Assembly (NCBI GenBank): GCA_051382295.1
Contig: JBBCAW010000012.1
Coordinates: 96,001 to 160,000 of the forward strand
Source of the DNA: Bdellovibrionota bacterium FG-1
GTDB taxonomy: Bacteria > Bdellovibrionota > UBA1018
Direction of reading: 5' to 3'
Length of the DNA: 64,000 nt
The notes beneath the pieces are model-generated. The model ran no database searches. It saw only the letters and a list, made by a program, of their open reading frames with translations, and was not told the origin of the DNA. The translations under genes and the position numbers were made by a program. How positions within the stretch are numbered: the first letter of the stretch is position 1; each line of letters starts with the position of its first letter. Shown here in pieces: positions 9,906 to 19,215 of the stretch.

Positions 9906-10994
9906 GTGCGTACGAACTTCACGTTGTTCCTCATATTCTTGGTTTCCTCCTCTGGCTCTGGCCCCTTTGCTTTGGCGGACGGCACTTGTCCGCTTTCCGT
10001 AAACTCCAGTCCGTCGGCAATTGAAAAATCTAGCAAAATTGCTTGTGCGCTTCAGTCTGCGACGATTGGTAAAATGAGTGAATTTTGTGAAGTTCAAACA
10101 TTTCGAGGGGTCGGTAATCTTAGATTTGGATGGAGTCCAGAAGAGGCTGACGCTGTCATAAAGACCAATAGCCTCGGTACTATTCTTGAAAAATACATGG
10201 GCGTCGATTACGAACCATGGCAGGTTTCTGTATTTCCAAAGGAAGATTTGGCTAAAACCGCTCTGGCTTTGGGCTATTCAAAACCAGGTTTTCATTGTTT
10301 TGATTCGCCTCAGAAGGTGGCAGAATTCTTAAATAAGCCACAACAGTCTTTACCGAAAGAGAAGGCCGATCGAATTCGTGCAAAGATCGACGCCCTATTA
10401 AAATCACCTACCGAAGATGCTACTTTGAGTCGAGTCAATGAATCCGCCGGAAAATTGTTTGCGTGTGGTACGTTGAGTCTGTCCTCCGCGCTCAAATGCT
10501 CCGATGGAATTGACCAAATTCGAGAGACGATGACGCAACGACTGGATAGAGTGGATCAAACAGGTCGATTATTTGGCTTTAGCCTTCTTCCGACGATCCA
10601 AACAGTACTCACCGATCCAAGATACATGGAAGGAGTCCGTCTGGCAGCTTTGAAAATTGGAAGTCGGATGAATGTCGGACCCGGTAAGTCGACAGGCGAT
10701 CTTTTTAAAGATATTTACACATCATTCATTGCGGCTGGTCTGTCGACCAAAGACGCCCATGAATTCACCTGGAATGTGATGGGGGTGATTTCGTCTGGCG
10801 GTGCGTCCACCTTTATTCGACTGCATCATCTGGATTCAGAGTGTGCTCCACCCAACCCTGTGGTCGAAGGCCTTTCTCTGATTAGCCTGGCCGTGCCTCT
10901 TTTGGATATTCAAGCCGCATCGAGTGGTCACTTTTATCCGATAAATTGGAATGCGGTTGGGTCTCGTCTTATCTCTCATGATGGCGTTTTGTAG
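9906..10994 (+). CDS. Hypothetical secreted Cys-containing protein (possibly 3'-truncated)
   Basis: 362-aa ORF with signal peptide (PFALA-D); last 44 nt overlap the next gene. Confidence 0.65.
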   Translation: MRTNFTLFLIFLVSSSGSGPFALADGTCPLSVNSSPSAIEKSSKIACALQSATIGKMSEFCEVQTFRGVGNLRFGWSPEEADAVIKTNSLGTILEKYMGVDYEPWQVSVFPKEDLAKTALALGYSKPGFHCFDSPQKVAEFLNKPQQSLPKEKADRIRAKIDALLKSPTEDATLSRVNESAGKLFACGTLSLSSALKCSDGIDQIRETMTQRLDRVDQTGRLFGFSLLPTIQTVLTDPRYMEGVRLAALKIGSRMNVGPGKSTGDLFKDIYTSFIAAGLSTKDAHEFTWNVMGVISSGGASTFIRLHHLDSECAPPNPVVEGLSLISLAVPLLDIQAASSGHFYPINWNAVGSRLISHDGVL

Positions 10995-11973
10995 CTCGGC
11001 GCGAGCGGATATGAACCATTGGGGGGTGAAGGAATTTATCGATCAGGCGGTTTTAGATTATTCTCATCGATTGCATTGGAACCCGGGGCCGGACGACCTC
11101 TCTATGCCCTCGACAGACGAATATAGACAGCATCTCGATGCTCGACTGCAGGCTTTGAAGGACCAAGGCGTATTGCTCTCTGATGGATCGCTCAATGAGC
11201 AGCGATTGGAATCATTCGTCGAGGATTCGGCAAAAAAGTTACAAAAAATAAGTGAGGAGGTTTTGGCGGAGGTCAAAAAGCAGCCTCCCGCACAAGGCCG
11301 CCAGTCGGTTTATCGCCAAAACGGAAGAGGGCAAGCGACGGATCGATGGATGGAAGGGATGCAAGAATCGTTGCGCCAATCCGGCGAAATAGGCATTGAT
11401 TTAGCGTTGGCTTTTCATGCAAAACCAAAAGCGGCACCTCGATTTTGGGAGCAGCCTAAAAGGATGTATCGAGGAATGCTAGCGGGTGCGGGGTTGGCAG
11501 CGGTCCTTCAGGTCCTTTTGGTGGATCACCTAAAGCTTCAACATGCCGCAATTATTTTCGTCTCAAGTCTCGTGGCCGCCATTCCGGGCTACTTTGCTCA
11601 AACTGAGTGGGATTCATGGCGCCAAGATCTATACGATAAAAAATGGAGCGCTCAAGAGAGAAAAAACCGTCAGCTTGCGGCAATTGAAAAGATGAGAGTG
11701 CAATTACAACGAGATGCACTCGAAATGAAGGGATTGAAAAGGGTCTCCGAGGACCTGTTGGAAATCGTGAAAACGACTGCTGAAACGCTCGATCCGCACA
11801 GTTCTGGTCCAAAAAAACAAGTTTCAAAAGTTCGAATTGTGGTCGAACCCACTCCAATGGAACGTATTTCCTCCGATGCCATGGCCGAGATTGAAGCGAT
11901 GGCGGTCGAGGAGCAGGCGGGGCCCTGTTTAAAAAGAGTACATTGGTTTTTAAGGGGTTCGTCGCGTCCGTGA
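10951..11973 (+). CDS. Hypothetical protein: signal peptide, two TM helices, coiled coil
   Basis: 340-aa ORF; SARA-D cleavage site; hydrophobic GMLAGAGLAAVLQVLLV and AAIIFVSSLVAAIPGYF. Confidence 0.65.
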   Translation: MRLGLVLSLMMAFCSSARADMNHWGVKEFIDQAVLDYSHRLHWNPGPDDLSMPSTDEYRQHLDARLQALKDQGVLLSDGSLNEQRLESFVEDSAKKLQKISEEVLAEVKKQPPAQGRQSVYRQNGRGQATDRWMEGMQESLRQSGEIGIDLALAFHAKPKAAPRFWEQPKRMYRGMLAGAGLAAVLQVLLVDHLKLQHAAIIFVSSLVAAIPGYFAQTEWDSWRQDLYDKKWSAQERKNRQLAAIEKMRVQLQRDALEMKGLKRVSEDLLEIVKTTAETLDPHSSGPKKQVSKVRIVVEPTPMERISSDAMAEIEAMAVEEQAGPCLKRVHWFLRGSSRP

Positions 11974-11985
11974 AAACTGGTTATT

Positions 11986-12318
11986 TCACCTACCCCACTC
12001 TCCGTCATAAAGTCGCTCCAAAAAAACCTCATAGGGGAGCGCGACAATTGATCGGTCCTCAAGCAGATAGCGAATTTCCCGACCGGTATAGATGACGAAG
12101 TACTTTTTGAGCAAATGCTCTTCCTTTAACCTGATCAAGCCTTTGAGATCCTGAATGGAAATCGTGGCCTTTCCTTTGACATCAAAAGCGTAAGTTCCGC
12201 CTAAAATAAAATCCACCTCGTCCTTTTGCTGACTGCGCCAGTAACAAAGATCATGGATGCCGTTCAGATCACAATAAGTCCGAATTTCATGATGACGATA
12301 AGTTTCAAACGCCTTACC
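11986..12318 (-). pseudogene. C-terminal remnant of a second AAA-DUF4143 gene (no ATPase domain)
   Basis: GKAFETY..HEI..Y..LCYWRS...EVDFIL...AFDVKG...DLKGL..LK..H...LP...FLERL aligns to the C-terminus of 8637..9776; upstream part of the ORF-track call is not homologous and overlaps the M32 gene. Confidence 0.75.
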
Positions 12319-12364
12319 TCTGTCGTCAAATTTCACGTAAAAATGACGACAACGGCGGTTCGCT

Positions 12365-13855
12365 CTAAATTTCGTAAAGTTCCTCAAATTTTGATTTAAG
12401 GTACGTCGAAAAATATTGGGCATTCAAGGTCTCGCCGGTCGCACGTTGACAGAGTTCGCTCGCATGCCAGGTCATACCATGGCGGTGAATTTTATCGCGC
12501 AGCCATTCCCGTAAGGGACGAAGGTCTCCCTCTCTGATCTTTTGATCGAGGTCGGGCATTTCTCGTTTTGCAGCCGCAAAAAATTGGGCGGCGTAGAGGT
12601 TGCCCAGAGCATAGGTTGGAAAATAGCCAAAGGATCCCATCGACCAGTGGATATCTTGCAACACGCCTTCGCTGTCATTTTTCGGCCGAATGCCGAGGTA
12701 TTCTTCCATCTTGCGATTCCAAAGTTCAGGGAGATCGTTGACCGAAGCCTTACCGGAAAACAAGGCGTGCTCAAGCTCAAAGCGCAAAAGAATATGCAGA
12801 TTATAGGTGACTTCGTCGGCCTCGACGCGAATGAGTGAGGGTCGGACAATGTTGATCGAACGGAAAAAGGTCTCGAGCGGAACTTGATTGAGCGTTTCAG
12901 GAAAGTTGGCCTGGAGCTTTGGATAAAAATGATTCCAAAATGGCCTGGAGCGCCCGATCATATTTTCCCAGAGGCGCGATTGCGATTCGTGGATGCCCAT
13001 TGAAACCGGCTCCGCAAGAGGCGTGCAAGCATGTTGGGTTTCAAGCGCTTGTTCGTAAAGTCCATGACCAGCCTCATGCATGATGCCAAACAAAGCGCTG
13101 GCAAAGTTTTTCTCATTGTAACGGGTGGTGATTCGAACGTCATTTGGCCCAAAGGAGGTGCAAAAAGGATGGGCCGAAAGGTCGAGCCTCCCAGCATCAA
13201 AATCGAATCCCATGGCATTAGCCACCTCGATTCCGAAATCCCGCTGCTTTTCTACTGGATAGTGGCCTGAGAGCGGCGAAGGTTTTTTGGAAGACGCCGC
13301 AATTTTGGCAACCAGGGGTACGAGTTCTTTGCGTAAGGCTTCAAATATCGGCTGGATGTCCGCGGCACGAGCGCTGGGTTCAAATTCATCCATCAGGACA
13401 TCGTAGGGATCGTTGCCGCCGATTAAGACCGCCATCTTTTTGCGCATGTTGACGAGTTTTTCGAGCCAGGGTGCAAAAGTCCCAAAGTCATTATTGGTGC
13501 GAGCGCTAGCCCAGGCCTCATGGGCAAGTGATTGTGTTTTTGCAAAATCCTGTATTAACTCTTTCGGAATCTTTCTCTCGCGATTGAAAATACGGCGAAT
13601 TTCACGGATATTGACCTGCTCGACCTGAGAGAGGCCGGGGGCTTTTTCAAGCCGAATGAGCAGGTCGCCGATTTGGGGTGAAACCAATTTTTCATGTGCC
13701 AGACCAGAAATTACCGCGAGTTGGTCGGCACGTATTTCTGCCCCTTTGGCAGGCATGTAGGTTTCTTGGTCCCAACTCAACACGGCCCCAGCGGCGCCCA
13801 GCGCCTTGAACTCTTTTACGAGGCTAATGAATTGGAGGTAATCGGGATGGGGCAT
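12365..13855 (-). CDS. Carboxypeptidase M32 (Taq-type)
   Basis: WDQETYMP, HPFC, DVRITTRY, HEAGHGLYEQ (HExxH), HESQSRLWEN, IRVEADE, QDIHW, GYFPTYALG; start MPHPDY at 13855. Confidence 0.95.
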   Translation of the reverse strand: MPHPDYLQFISLVKEFKALGAAGAVLSWDQETYMPAKGAEIRADQLAVISGLAHEKLVSPQIGDLLIRLEKAPGLSQVEQVNIREIRRIFNRERKIPKELIQDFAKTQSLAHEAWASARTNNDFGTFAPWLEKLVNMRKKMAVLIGGNDPYDVLMDEFEPSARAADIQPIFEALRKELVPLVAKIAASSKKPSPLSGHYPVEKQRDFGIEVANAMGFDFDAGRLDLSAHPFCTSFGPNDVRITTRYNEKNFASALFGIMHEAGHGLYEQALETQHACTPLAEPVSMGIHESQSRLWENMIGRSRPFWNHFYPKLQANFPETLNQVPLETFFRSINIVRPSLIRVEADEVTYNLHILLRFELEHALFSGKASVNDLPELWNRKMEEYLGIRPKNDSEGVLQDIHWSMGSFGYFPTYALGNLYAAQFFAAAKREMPDLDQKIREGDLRPLREWLRDKIHRHGMTWHASELCQRATGETLNAQYFSTYLKSKFEELYEI

Positions 13856-13869
13856 AAAGGGAGTTCCTT

Positions 13870-14733
13870 CTATTTTAGAACGTACCCCAACGATGGCATT
13901 GAAATTGAGGGATTCCAAGGCGAATCCCCAGTCAACCATTCGGTAGGATCTTTGCCGAGTTCTAGGACCCGTTCCCACTCCAGATTGAGAAATGACTGTT
14001 CATCGCGTAGGCCATAGGTTTCAAAATGATTCGCACTCATATAGCAGGGACTCGCGGGCACATAGGCACTGGCTCGACAAATGCTGACGGTGAGTTGGTT
14101 GGGGTCAAAATCGAAGTGAGCGAGCCATTCGTCGATTTTCAGAGGTTTTTTAGGGTCGGTCCCGGGGTCAAAAACGTATGGAACTCCCTTGATTCGAACG
14201 ATGGGGGCCACATGATACCACCAGTGAACTGGGCCCTGCGGAGCATTGGGGGTGGAAAAAGTGAGATTTCCATAAATGAAAATTTTGGCGGGTTCAACAT
14301 AACCCCAGTTCTTCATTGCTTGCGCCCCGAATGCCGCGCGGGCAAAGCACCCATCATCGGGGAACAGCCAGGTTAAACGACGGAGGGTGTTAAAATGATT
14401 TGGGTCCTCAATCATGCGCGAATCGCGGACTCGTGCGAAGGCCTGATACATATTTGAAAGAGAAGGCAAGGTCGGAACCCTAGAAAAGTCGACTTGAGGA
14501 AGCGGTACGGCTGCAGTTTGAGCATTTATCCAATAGGCGGGAGAACCTCCTGCTTGGTGTAACCGAACTGAATAGCGTTGAAGGGCCTGATCAAGGGTTT
14601 CGTGAGGATATCGAAAAGCCGAATGAACAGAGGCATTGTCTATGTGTTGTGCGATCGCAGAAGTGCTCAATGCTGTCGTAAGAAGGATGACTAAGAATTG
14701 GAAGGAAGGTCGGGAACCTGGGTTGAGTTTCAT
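13870..14733 (-). CDS. Secreted protein-glutamine glutaminase family (papain-like fold) protein
   Basis: Signal peptide (AIA-Q); catalytic pattern FPDDGCFARA (Cys), WWYHVAP (His), YVFDP (Asp). Confidence 0.8.
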   Translation of the reverse strand: MKLNPGSRPSFQFLVILLTTALSTSAIAQHIDNASVHSAFRYPHETLDQALQRYSVRLHQAGGSPAYWINAQTAAVPLPQVDFSRVPTLPSLSNMYQAFARVRDSRMIEDPNHFNTLRRLTWLFPDDGCFARAAFGAQAMKNWGYVEPAKIFIYGNLTFSTPNAPQGPVHWWYHVAPIVRIKGVPYVFDPGTDPKKPLKIDEWLAHFDFDPNQLTVSICRASAYVPASPCYMSANHFETYGLRDEQSFLNLEWERVLELGKDPTEWLTGDSPWNPSISMPSLGYVLK

Positions 14734-14754
14734 AAAAAGTCCTCAGCGCAGATG

Positions 14755-14771
14755 ATGCAACGGGTGTGCCG
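14755..14771 (-). promoter_or_regulatory. sigma54 promoter of the glutaminase-M32 operon
   Basis: Minus strand CGGCACACCCGTTGCAT matches YGGCAC-N5-TTGCW with exact GG-N10-GC spacing, 21 nt upstream of ATG 14733. Confidence 0.75.
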
Positions 14772-14797
14772 TTCCATGTCTTTTCTTTATTTAATAG

Positions 14798-14810
14798 TTT
14801 CAATGAGTTA
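14798..14810. promoter_or_regulatory. IHF-like site upstream of the sigma54 promoter
   Basis: TTTCAATGAGTTA vs WATCAANNNNTTR (one mismatch), with an adjacent AT-rich tract, in the usual position. Confidence 0.45.
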
Positions 14811-14949
14811 CGTGTTGTTACGTGAGAGGCCTCAAGGGTGTTTTGATGAACTTTAATACACATGGCTAGAATATTTGTATTGAGGTTTGTTTTTCATTCC
14901 TGTATAACGCACTGCGTTAGATTAACCGATCGTTTTCTTGAGGCATGAC

Positions 14950-16149
14950 ATGATGACTATTAACCGGACTTGGATCACTCTTTCTTTGGTTGGAGCAACC
15001 CTCGCTTCATTTTCACAGCTGACCTGGGCGGATCATCGTGGCGGCGGCGGACCGATTCGAGTGCCTGCACCTAGTCCGATTTCGCGCCCTCTCCCTGTTT
15101 CGCGCCCTCATCCCACTTCTCCAGCTCCAAGCGGCGGCGGATTTCATCCACCGATGGGGCCGACCGCCCCAGGGTATACGCCGCATTCAACGTATACGCC
15201 TCCCGCGTTCACTCCTCCTCCCGTAATTGTGCATCACAACCCACCCGTCCAGCCTCCCCCGGTCGTAGTAGAACGTGTGCCTCGGCCAAATGGGGGTGTG
15301 GTTGTTCGTCGTGGACATTCCAGTTATGGATATGGCCAACACGGCGAGCGAACCGTTTATGTGGGCGGCCAACGACATTTCTCAGAGGAGCGGGTTGTTG
15401 CGGCAGATCGCGCTCATATGAGGCGCACCTATTTTGAAGGTGGCCGCGAAGTCGAGGTCATTTACCCAGGCCGGCAAATGGGCAATGAATGGATTTTTGC
15501 CTCCCCTCATCGTCATCGATTTACGCCTCTTTATTACGGTTGGCTTTTCCGTTCATGGGATCAGCCTATTTGCGGATACCATTGGGGCTGGGAAAATGAA
15601 GCTTGGGCCGATCATTACGGACGCTACTATTTCAGGCCTCATACCGAGTGTTATATGCGTCCGTCGATGTGGCTGACAGACTGGATGTTTGCCGAAGTTT
15701 TACGCGAAGAATATCTCGAGCGTCAAATGGATGTTGTTGATCGTTCCGAAAGGGTGCTTGTGACGCGAGATATTCGCGATCAGATTACGCGTCAAATCGA
15801 CGTTTCCATGATTGCGCATCAGAATGATCAGCCTATTTATTTTACCGACGCCCAGGGCGATCCCAGACATTTGTTTATCGTCGATGGCGTGCCTGAGGTC
15901 TTTTACCCTTCTTCTTACGATAATTGCACCGTTTCTGGCGGTGATATTGTTCGTCTCGTGGCGCCAGTGTTCTTTGGTCAGACCGCACAAGTTGAAGTCG
16001 TGGCTGCACAATACGGAAGTTGCCGGCCTGGTACGATACTCACGATGTTGGTGAGAGATCTGCAGGAAAGCGAAAATGAGTTCAACCGTCGTGTTGAGCT
16101 GGGTATGCTTCAAATGCGTGAAAACGTGATGTTGAATTCAAGGTATTGA
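14950..16149 (+). CDS. Secreted Pro/His-rich, Trp/Tyr-rich hypothetical protein
   Basis: Signal peptide (TWA-D), Pro-rich linker, YYGWLF..W..YHWGW aromatic segment, C-terminal Cys-pair domain. Confidence 0.7.
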   Translation: MMTINRTWITLSLVGATLASFSQLTWADHRGGGGPIRVPAPSPISRPLPVSRPHPTSPAPSGGGFHPPMGPTAPGYTPHSTYTPPAFTPPPVIVHHNPPVQPPPVVVERVPRPNGGVVVRRGHSSYGYGQHGERTVYVGGQRHFSEERVVAADRAHMRRTYFEGGREVEVIYPGRQMGNEWIFASPHRHRFTPLYYGWLFRSWDQPICGYHWGWENEAWADHYGRYYFRPHTECYMRPSMWLTDWMFAEVLREEYLERQMDVVDRSERVLVTRDIRDQITRQIDVSMIAHQNDQPIYFTDAQGDPRHLFIVDGVPEVFYPSSYDNCTVSGGDIVRLVAPVFFGQTAQVEVVAAQYGSCRPGTILTMLVRDLQESENEFNRRVELGMLQMRENVMLNSRY

Positions 16150-16172
16150 ACTTATTTAATAAGGAGTTAAAA

Positions 16173-16931
16173 ATGTTTTCTAAGAAATTGATGTCCAGTT
16201 TGTTGTTGGGTTCTATGAGTGCGGCTTGTGTGGCCTTGACCTCGGGTTGTCAGGTTACGGTTGATGGTTCCAGTAGTGGTATTATCGATACAGGACAATA
16301 TGTCAGCTTGGAAGCCAATGTCTTTGATTATAACGGCATGCCGCTTGATTATCCTTTTGATTACTATTTAGATCTTTTTATGAAAAACGGCGATCATCTC
16401 GTGTTCCACATGGATCGCCAACAGACGGACGTCAATGGGGTGTGGCGCGATGATGAGAAGAATCTTCAGGTGTTTGTCGATAACGGCGGCGTCAAGTGTT
16501 ATGATTCTTGTGTGAGCTACGATGCTTATGGATGCACGGTCTATGCAACGGATTGTTACGATAGTAGTTATTCGGCTCAGCTCGACACGAACGCAATTTA
16601 CAATACTTCCGCTACGATTGGGATTGATACCGGCTACGATTACGTGGCCTTCCAGAGTTCCTTTGTGTTGAGTAGTTATCACGACGGATCAAACCGTTTT
16701 GTTCAAAAAGATGAGTTTGATACGAACGTGCTCGTTCTGCCTAGCTACATCGCGCCTTCACCTGGCGGCAAACCAAGCAAGATGGCCAAAATCCAAGGAT
16801 CCCTCCCTGGAACGGCTAAACTTCGCGGCGCGAAGCCGGTGGTGATCACGGATTTGAGCAAGCTCACTCCTAGCCAAAAGGAAAGACTCAACCAGAATCG
16901 CAAGCACTTGCACTTGCCAGTTCTTAACTAA
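16173..16931 (+). CDS. Hypothetical lipoprotein
   Basis: SD AAGGAG; lipobox LTSG-C; acidic, Tyr/Cys-rich body; basic C-terminal tail. Confidence 0.7.
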   Translation: MFSKKLMSSLLLGSMSAACVALTSGCQVTVDGSSSGIIDTGQYVSLEANVFDYNGMPLDYPFDYYLDLFMKNGDHLVFHMDRQQTDVNGVWRDDEKNLQVFVDNGGVKCYDSCVSYDAYGCTVYATDCYDSSYSAQLDTNAIYNTSATIGIDTGYDYVAFQSSFVLSSYHDGSNRFVQKDEFDTNVLVLPSYIAPSPGGKPSKMAKIQGSLPGTAKLRGAKPVVITDLSKLTPSQKERLNQNRKHLHLPVLN

Positions 16932-17907
16932 GTTTTAGGGCCGTGACCGGCGGTATCATGCTGACCCGATTGCGGCCCTGAGCTTTGGAAAGATAAACAC
17001 CTTCATCAGCGGCTTTAAGAATTTCCTCAGCGGTTTTGCCGTGGTCTGGAAAACTTGAGTAACCGATACTGACCGAAATACACCCAAGCGGTTGATGCTC
17101 ACCATGGGCAAATTTGGTTTGGGAGATGGTTGTCCTGATTCGTTCGGCTAAGACTTGCGCTCCTTGAAAGTCAATGCCCGGGCAGATCACTGCAAATTCT
17201 TCTCCCCCGTATCGGGCGACCTGATCGGTGGTTCGACAGCATCCCTTAAGAAGGGCCGCGAATTCTCTCAGAAGTTGGTCGCCGGCAGGATGGCCATTGC
17301 GGTCATTGTATTTTTTGAAATGATCCACATCGCAAAAAATAATCGCATAAGGCGTTCTATACCGATTGGAACGCGTATGCTCTTTGCCTAATTCGGTTTT
17401 GAAATATCTGAAATTATAAAGCTGAGTCATGTCATCCACGGTGCTCAAAATTTCCAGTTTACCGTTAGCGACTTGCACTTCCTCGAGGAGTGCGCGCATT
17501 TTAGCTTCGGCTTCCCGTCTAAAGGTGATGTCACGGGCAATGATCTGAAGCACGCGGTTTCCACCCCCCAGGTCAAGGGGACAAGCATGAACTTCGATAT
17601 TCAGGACTTTGCCCGATTTGAGTTTCCAGCGTGTCTCGAATTGCCGCGGATAGTATCGACGCATGGTGATCCGTAGCGCCTTGTTGAACTCGTCTTGGCA
17701 ATCGTTCTCAGCCCATTCCGTAACGACGTGCCCGACGATTTCATTTTCCGGAATTCCCAGAACGTGCTCACAGGCCGCGTTGGCTTCAATGATTTCGTAG
17801 GATTCCGGATTGAGTAGAAAAGTGGCGTCTAAAAGACGCTCAAACAGGTCCGAATAGGCCGCGAGTTCAGAGGGCTTTTTTATATTATCATGAGGCGACT
17901 GAGTCAT
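16924..17907 (-). CDS. PAS-GGDEF diguanylate cyclase
   Basis: PAS (EANAACEHVLG..ARDIT.R), DVDHFKKYND, GHPAGD, RTTD I-site (RxxD) and RYGGEEF active site. Confidence 0.93.
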   Translation of the reverse strand: MTQSPHDNIKKPSELAAYSDLFERLLDATFLLNPESYEIIEANAACEHVLGIPENEIVGHVVTEWAENDCQDEFNKALRITMRRYYPRQFETRWKLKSGKVLNIEVHACPLDLGGGNRVLQIIARDITFRREAEAKMRALLEEVQVANGKLEILSTVDDMTQLYNFRYFKTELGKEHTRSNRYRTPYAIIFCDVDHFKKYNDRNGHPAGDQLLREFAALLKGCCRTTDQVARYGGEEFAVICPGIDFQGAQVLAERIRTTISQTKFAHGEHQPLGCISVSIGYSSFPDHGKTAEEILKAADEGVYLSKAQGRNRVSMIPPVTALKLS

Positions 17908-17926
17908 TCTTTACCTTCTATACCTT

Positions 17927-18367
17927 TCATTTCGTAATCACTTGGCAACTCCCTCGGATACAATAGGGAGCCGCGGGACTTACCCCACAACGTTCAGCGG
18001 TAAACGAGATCTTATTGCGTTCCTCGGAAATAACATTGAAGCGCTTTACGAGTTCAAGTAGAAATTCCTCGTCGGACCCTGTGGTAGAATAAATTAAAAA
18101 GCTATTGTAGCCTTCGCAAAGTTTTGGCCCGAGGCCAATGACGCGGCACTCGCTCGAGTCTTCACACTCCAGGGAGCTTGTATTGCTTTTAATTTTCTCC
18201 GCAAGCATTTTGAGCTGATCATCCAAAATGTGAATTTGTTCGAGATGTTTGTCCCAATCTCCGTTTTTGATGGGGGAGGGAAGGCACGAAAAATATCCAC
18301 CTAACCACGGAAGCATGAATAAGATCAAAACGATTGTTAAAGCAAAGAACCAGTGTTTTTTGGTCAT
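17927..18367 (-). CDS. Membrane-anchored Cys-rich hypothetical protein
   Basis: N-terminal TM; CEDSSECRVIGLGPKLCEG..C..C..C pattern; ATGA overlap with oppC. Confidence 0.65.
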   Translation of the reverse strand: MTKKHWFFALTIVLILFMLPWLGGYFSCLPSPIKNGDWDKHLEQIHILDDQLKMLAEKIKSNTSSLECEDSSECRVIGLGPKLCEGYNSFLIYSTTGSDEEFLLELVKRFNVISEERNKISFTAERCGVSPAAPYCIRGSCQVITK

Positions 18368-19215
18368 GAATGCCATTTCCTCAATGATACAGGATCCAGC
18401 CAATCTCGGACGCCATCACCCAGATAATTGAACGCGAGCATCGTTAAAAAAAGTACTGTACCCGGAAAAATAATCAAGTGTGGAAAACTTTGCATGGCCC
18501 TAAAGCCTTCGTTGGCCAAGGTACCCCAGCTCGAAAAAGGCGGCTGAAGGCCGAGCCCAATAAATGAAAGGAAGCTTTCGGTCATGATGTTGGTTGGAAT
18601 TTGAATCGTCAGGGAAACAGTGATCGGTCCCCAAAGATTAGGCAAGATGTGTCGAAAAATGATTTCGGGCGTATGGGCCCCCACAGCGCGTGCCGATTCG
18701 ACATAGGCAAGATTACGGGCCTGCAAGACTTGGCCTCGAACCAATCGGGCGTGTGTGCCCCAAGCGGTGAGGCTGATCGCAATTAAGATCCCGGTAAACC
18801 CTCGGCCAAAAAGAAGGGTGAGTAAAATGGCGAGAAGCAATGACGGGAAAGTGTAAAATAGGTTAACGATGCCCATCAAAATGCGATCGGTCCATCCGCC
18901 CAAATATCCGGCTAGAGCTCCCGTGAGGGTCCCGATTAAAAGAGCGAAAATGGCTGTGCAAACGCCTACGGCCAGCGACATTCGTGCGCCATAGACGATC
19001 CGGCTGTAAAGATCGCGGCCAAGCGAATCAGTCCCCATGGGGTGTTCCCATGAAGGATTCTCAAGGCGTTGAGAGATGTTTTGTTCCTCGTAAGAAAAAT
19101 GAGTCACCAGGGGAGCAAGTGCTGCCATGACGCTGACTCCCGAAATAAAAACCAGGCTGATCACGGCTATTTTATGTCGAAGGGCGTGGACCCAAAATCG
19201 TTTTAAAAAGGTCAT
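18364..19215 (-). CDS. oppC: Oligopeptide-type ABC transporter permease
   Basis: HPMGTDSLGRDLYSRIVYGARMSL, YVESARAVGA EAA loop, FRHILPN, ESFLSFIGLG. Confidence 0.9.
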   Translation of the reverse strand: MTFLKRFWVHALRHKIAVISLVFISGVSVMAALAPLVTHFSYEEQNISQRLENPSWEHPMGTDSLGRDLYSRIVYGARMSLAVGVCTAIFALLIGTLTGALAGYLGGWTDRILMGIVNLFYTFPSLLLAILLTLLFGRGFTGILIAISLTAWGTHARLVRGQVLQARNLAYVESARAVGAHTPEIIFRHILPNLWGPITVSLTIQIPTNIMTESFLSFIGLGLQPPFSSWGTLANEGFRAMQSFPHLIIFPGTVLFLTMLAFNYLGDGVRDWLDPVSLRKWHS

